Shown piece by piece: positions 63,895-64,000 of a DNA stretch of 64,000 nt. How positions within the stretch are numbered: the stretch's first letter is position 1; each line of letters begins with the position of its first letter. The stretch lies in the NCBI GenBank assembly GCA_964247055.1, contig OZ176059.1, positions 1,922,001 through 1,986,000 on the forward strand. Reading direction: 5' to 3'. Origin of the DNA: Paragordius varius. Lineage: Eukaryota; Animalia; Nematomorpha. A program made the position numbers and the translations under genes. Below the pieces are notes generated by a model. The model worked only from the letters and a program-made list of their open reading frames with translations. It was not told the DNA's origin and ran no database searches.

Positions 63895-64000
63895 GTATTT
63901 ACAAATCAAATTCACCCTCCAACAATTCAAAGTCACCCTAAAAATAAATTATGTGTTTTTGGGCAGCTAATATAACCATTAATAATATGAAATATATTTT
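63895..64000. mobile_element. Family B copy starting at a ZIP splice donor, truncated by the window edge
   Basis: gtatttacaaatcaaattcaccctccaacaattcaaagtcaccc... Confidence 0.7.

Noticed and set aside
1-64000. rRNA, tRNA, snRNA or U12-type (AT-AC / GTATCCT) introns
   Set aside because: None was recognisable by eye. A tRNAscan-SE/Infernal run would be needed to exclude divergent copies.
1-64000. Taxonomic assignment (the style is reminiscent of AT-rich worm genomes such as nematomorphs)
   Set aside because: This is only an impression from composition and gene style. It needs a BLAST or phylogeny of THOC2 and is not claimed.

Overview
Very AT-rich, intron-rich eukaryotic (invertebrate animal-like) genomic DNA; there are no prokaryotic features. 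I reconstructed three spliced genes by hand from GT-AG sites, frame continuity and remembered family motifs. (1) A secreted serpin on the minus strand at the left edge, with its 3' end unresolved. (2) A complete 39-exon THOC2 (THO complex subunit 2) on the minus strand, 9072-37757, about 2,490 aa, with large low-complexity insertions and two ultra-short (26 and 27 nt) introns. (3) A LIV-1/SLC39 (ZIP) zinc transporter on the plus strand from about 50824 that runs off the right edge, with an apparent TM3-TM4 loop of at least ~670 aa rich in His/Asn and no visible ectodomain. Non-coding space is packed with transposons: a four-layer nest (Helitron in Blackjack-like hAT in Buster/Charlie-like hAT in MITE) with exact 8-bp TSDs, five MITE-like families (A-E, my labels), and a young 5'-truncated RTE LINE inserted in a family A MITE. 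Two candidate ribozyme relics are also present (a Penelope-type hammerhead core and an HDV-like topology). No database searches were run, so family names rest on recalled motifs and exon boundaries need RNA-seq confirmation.
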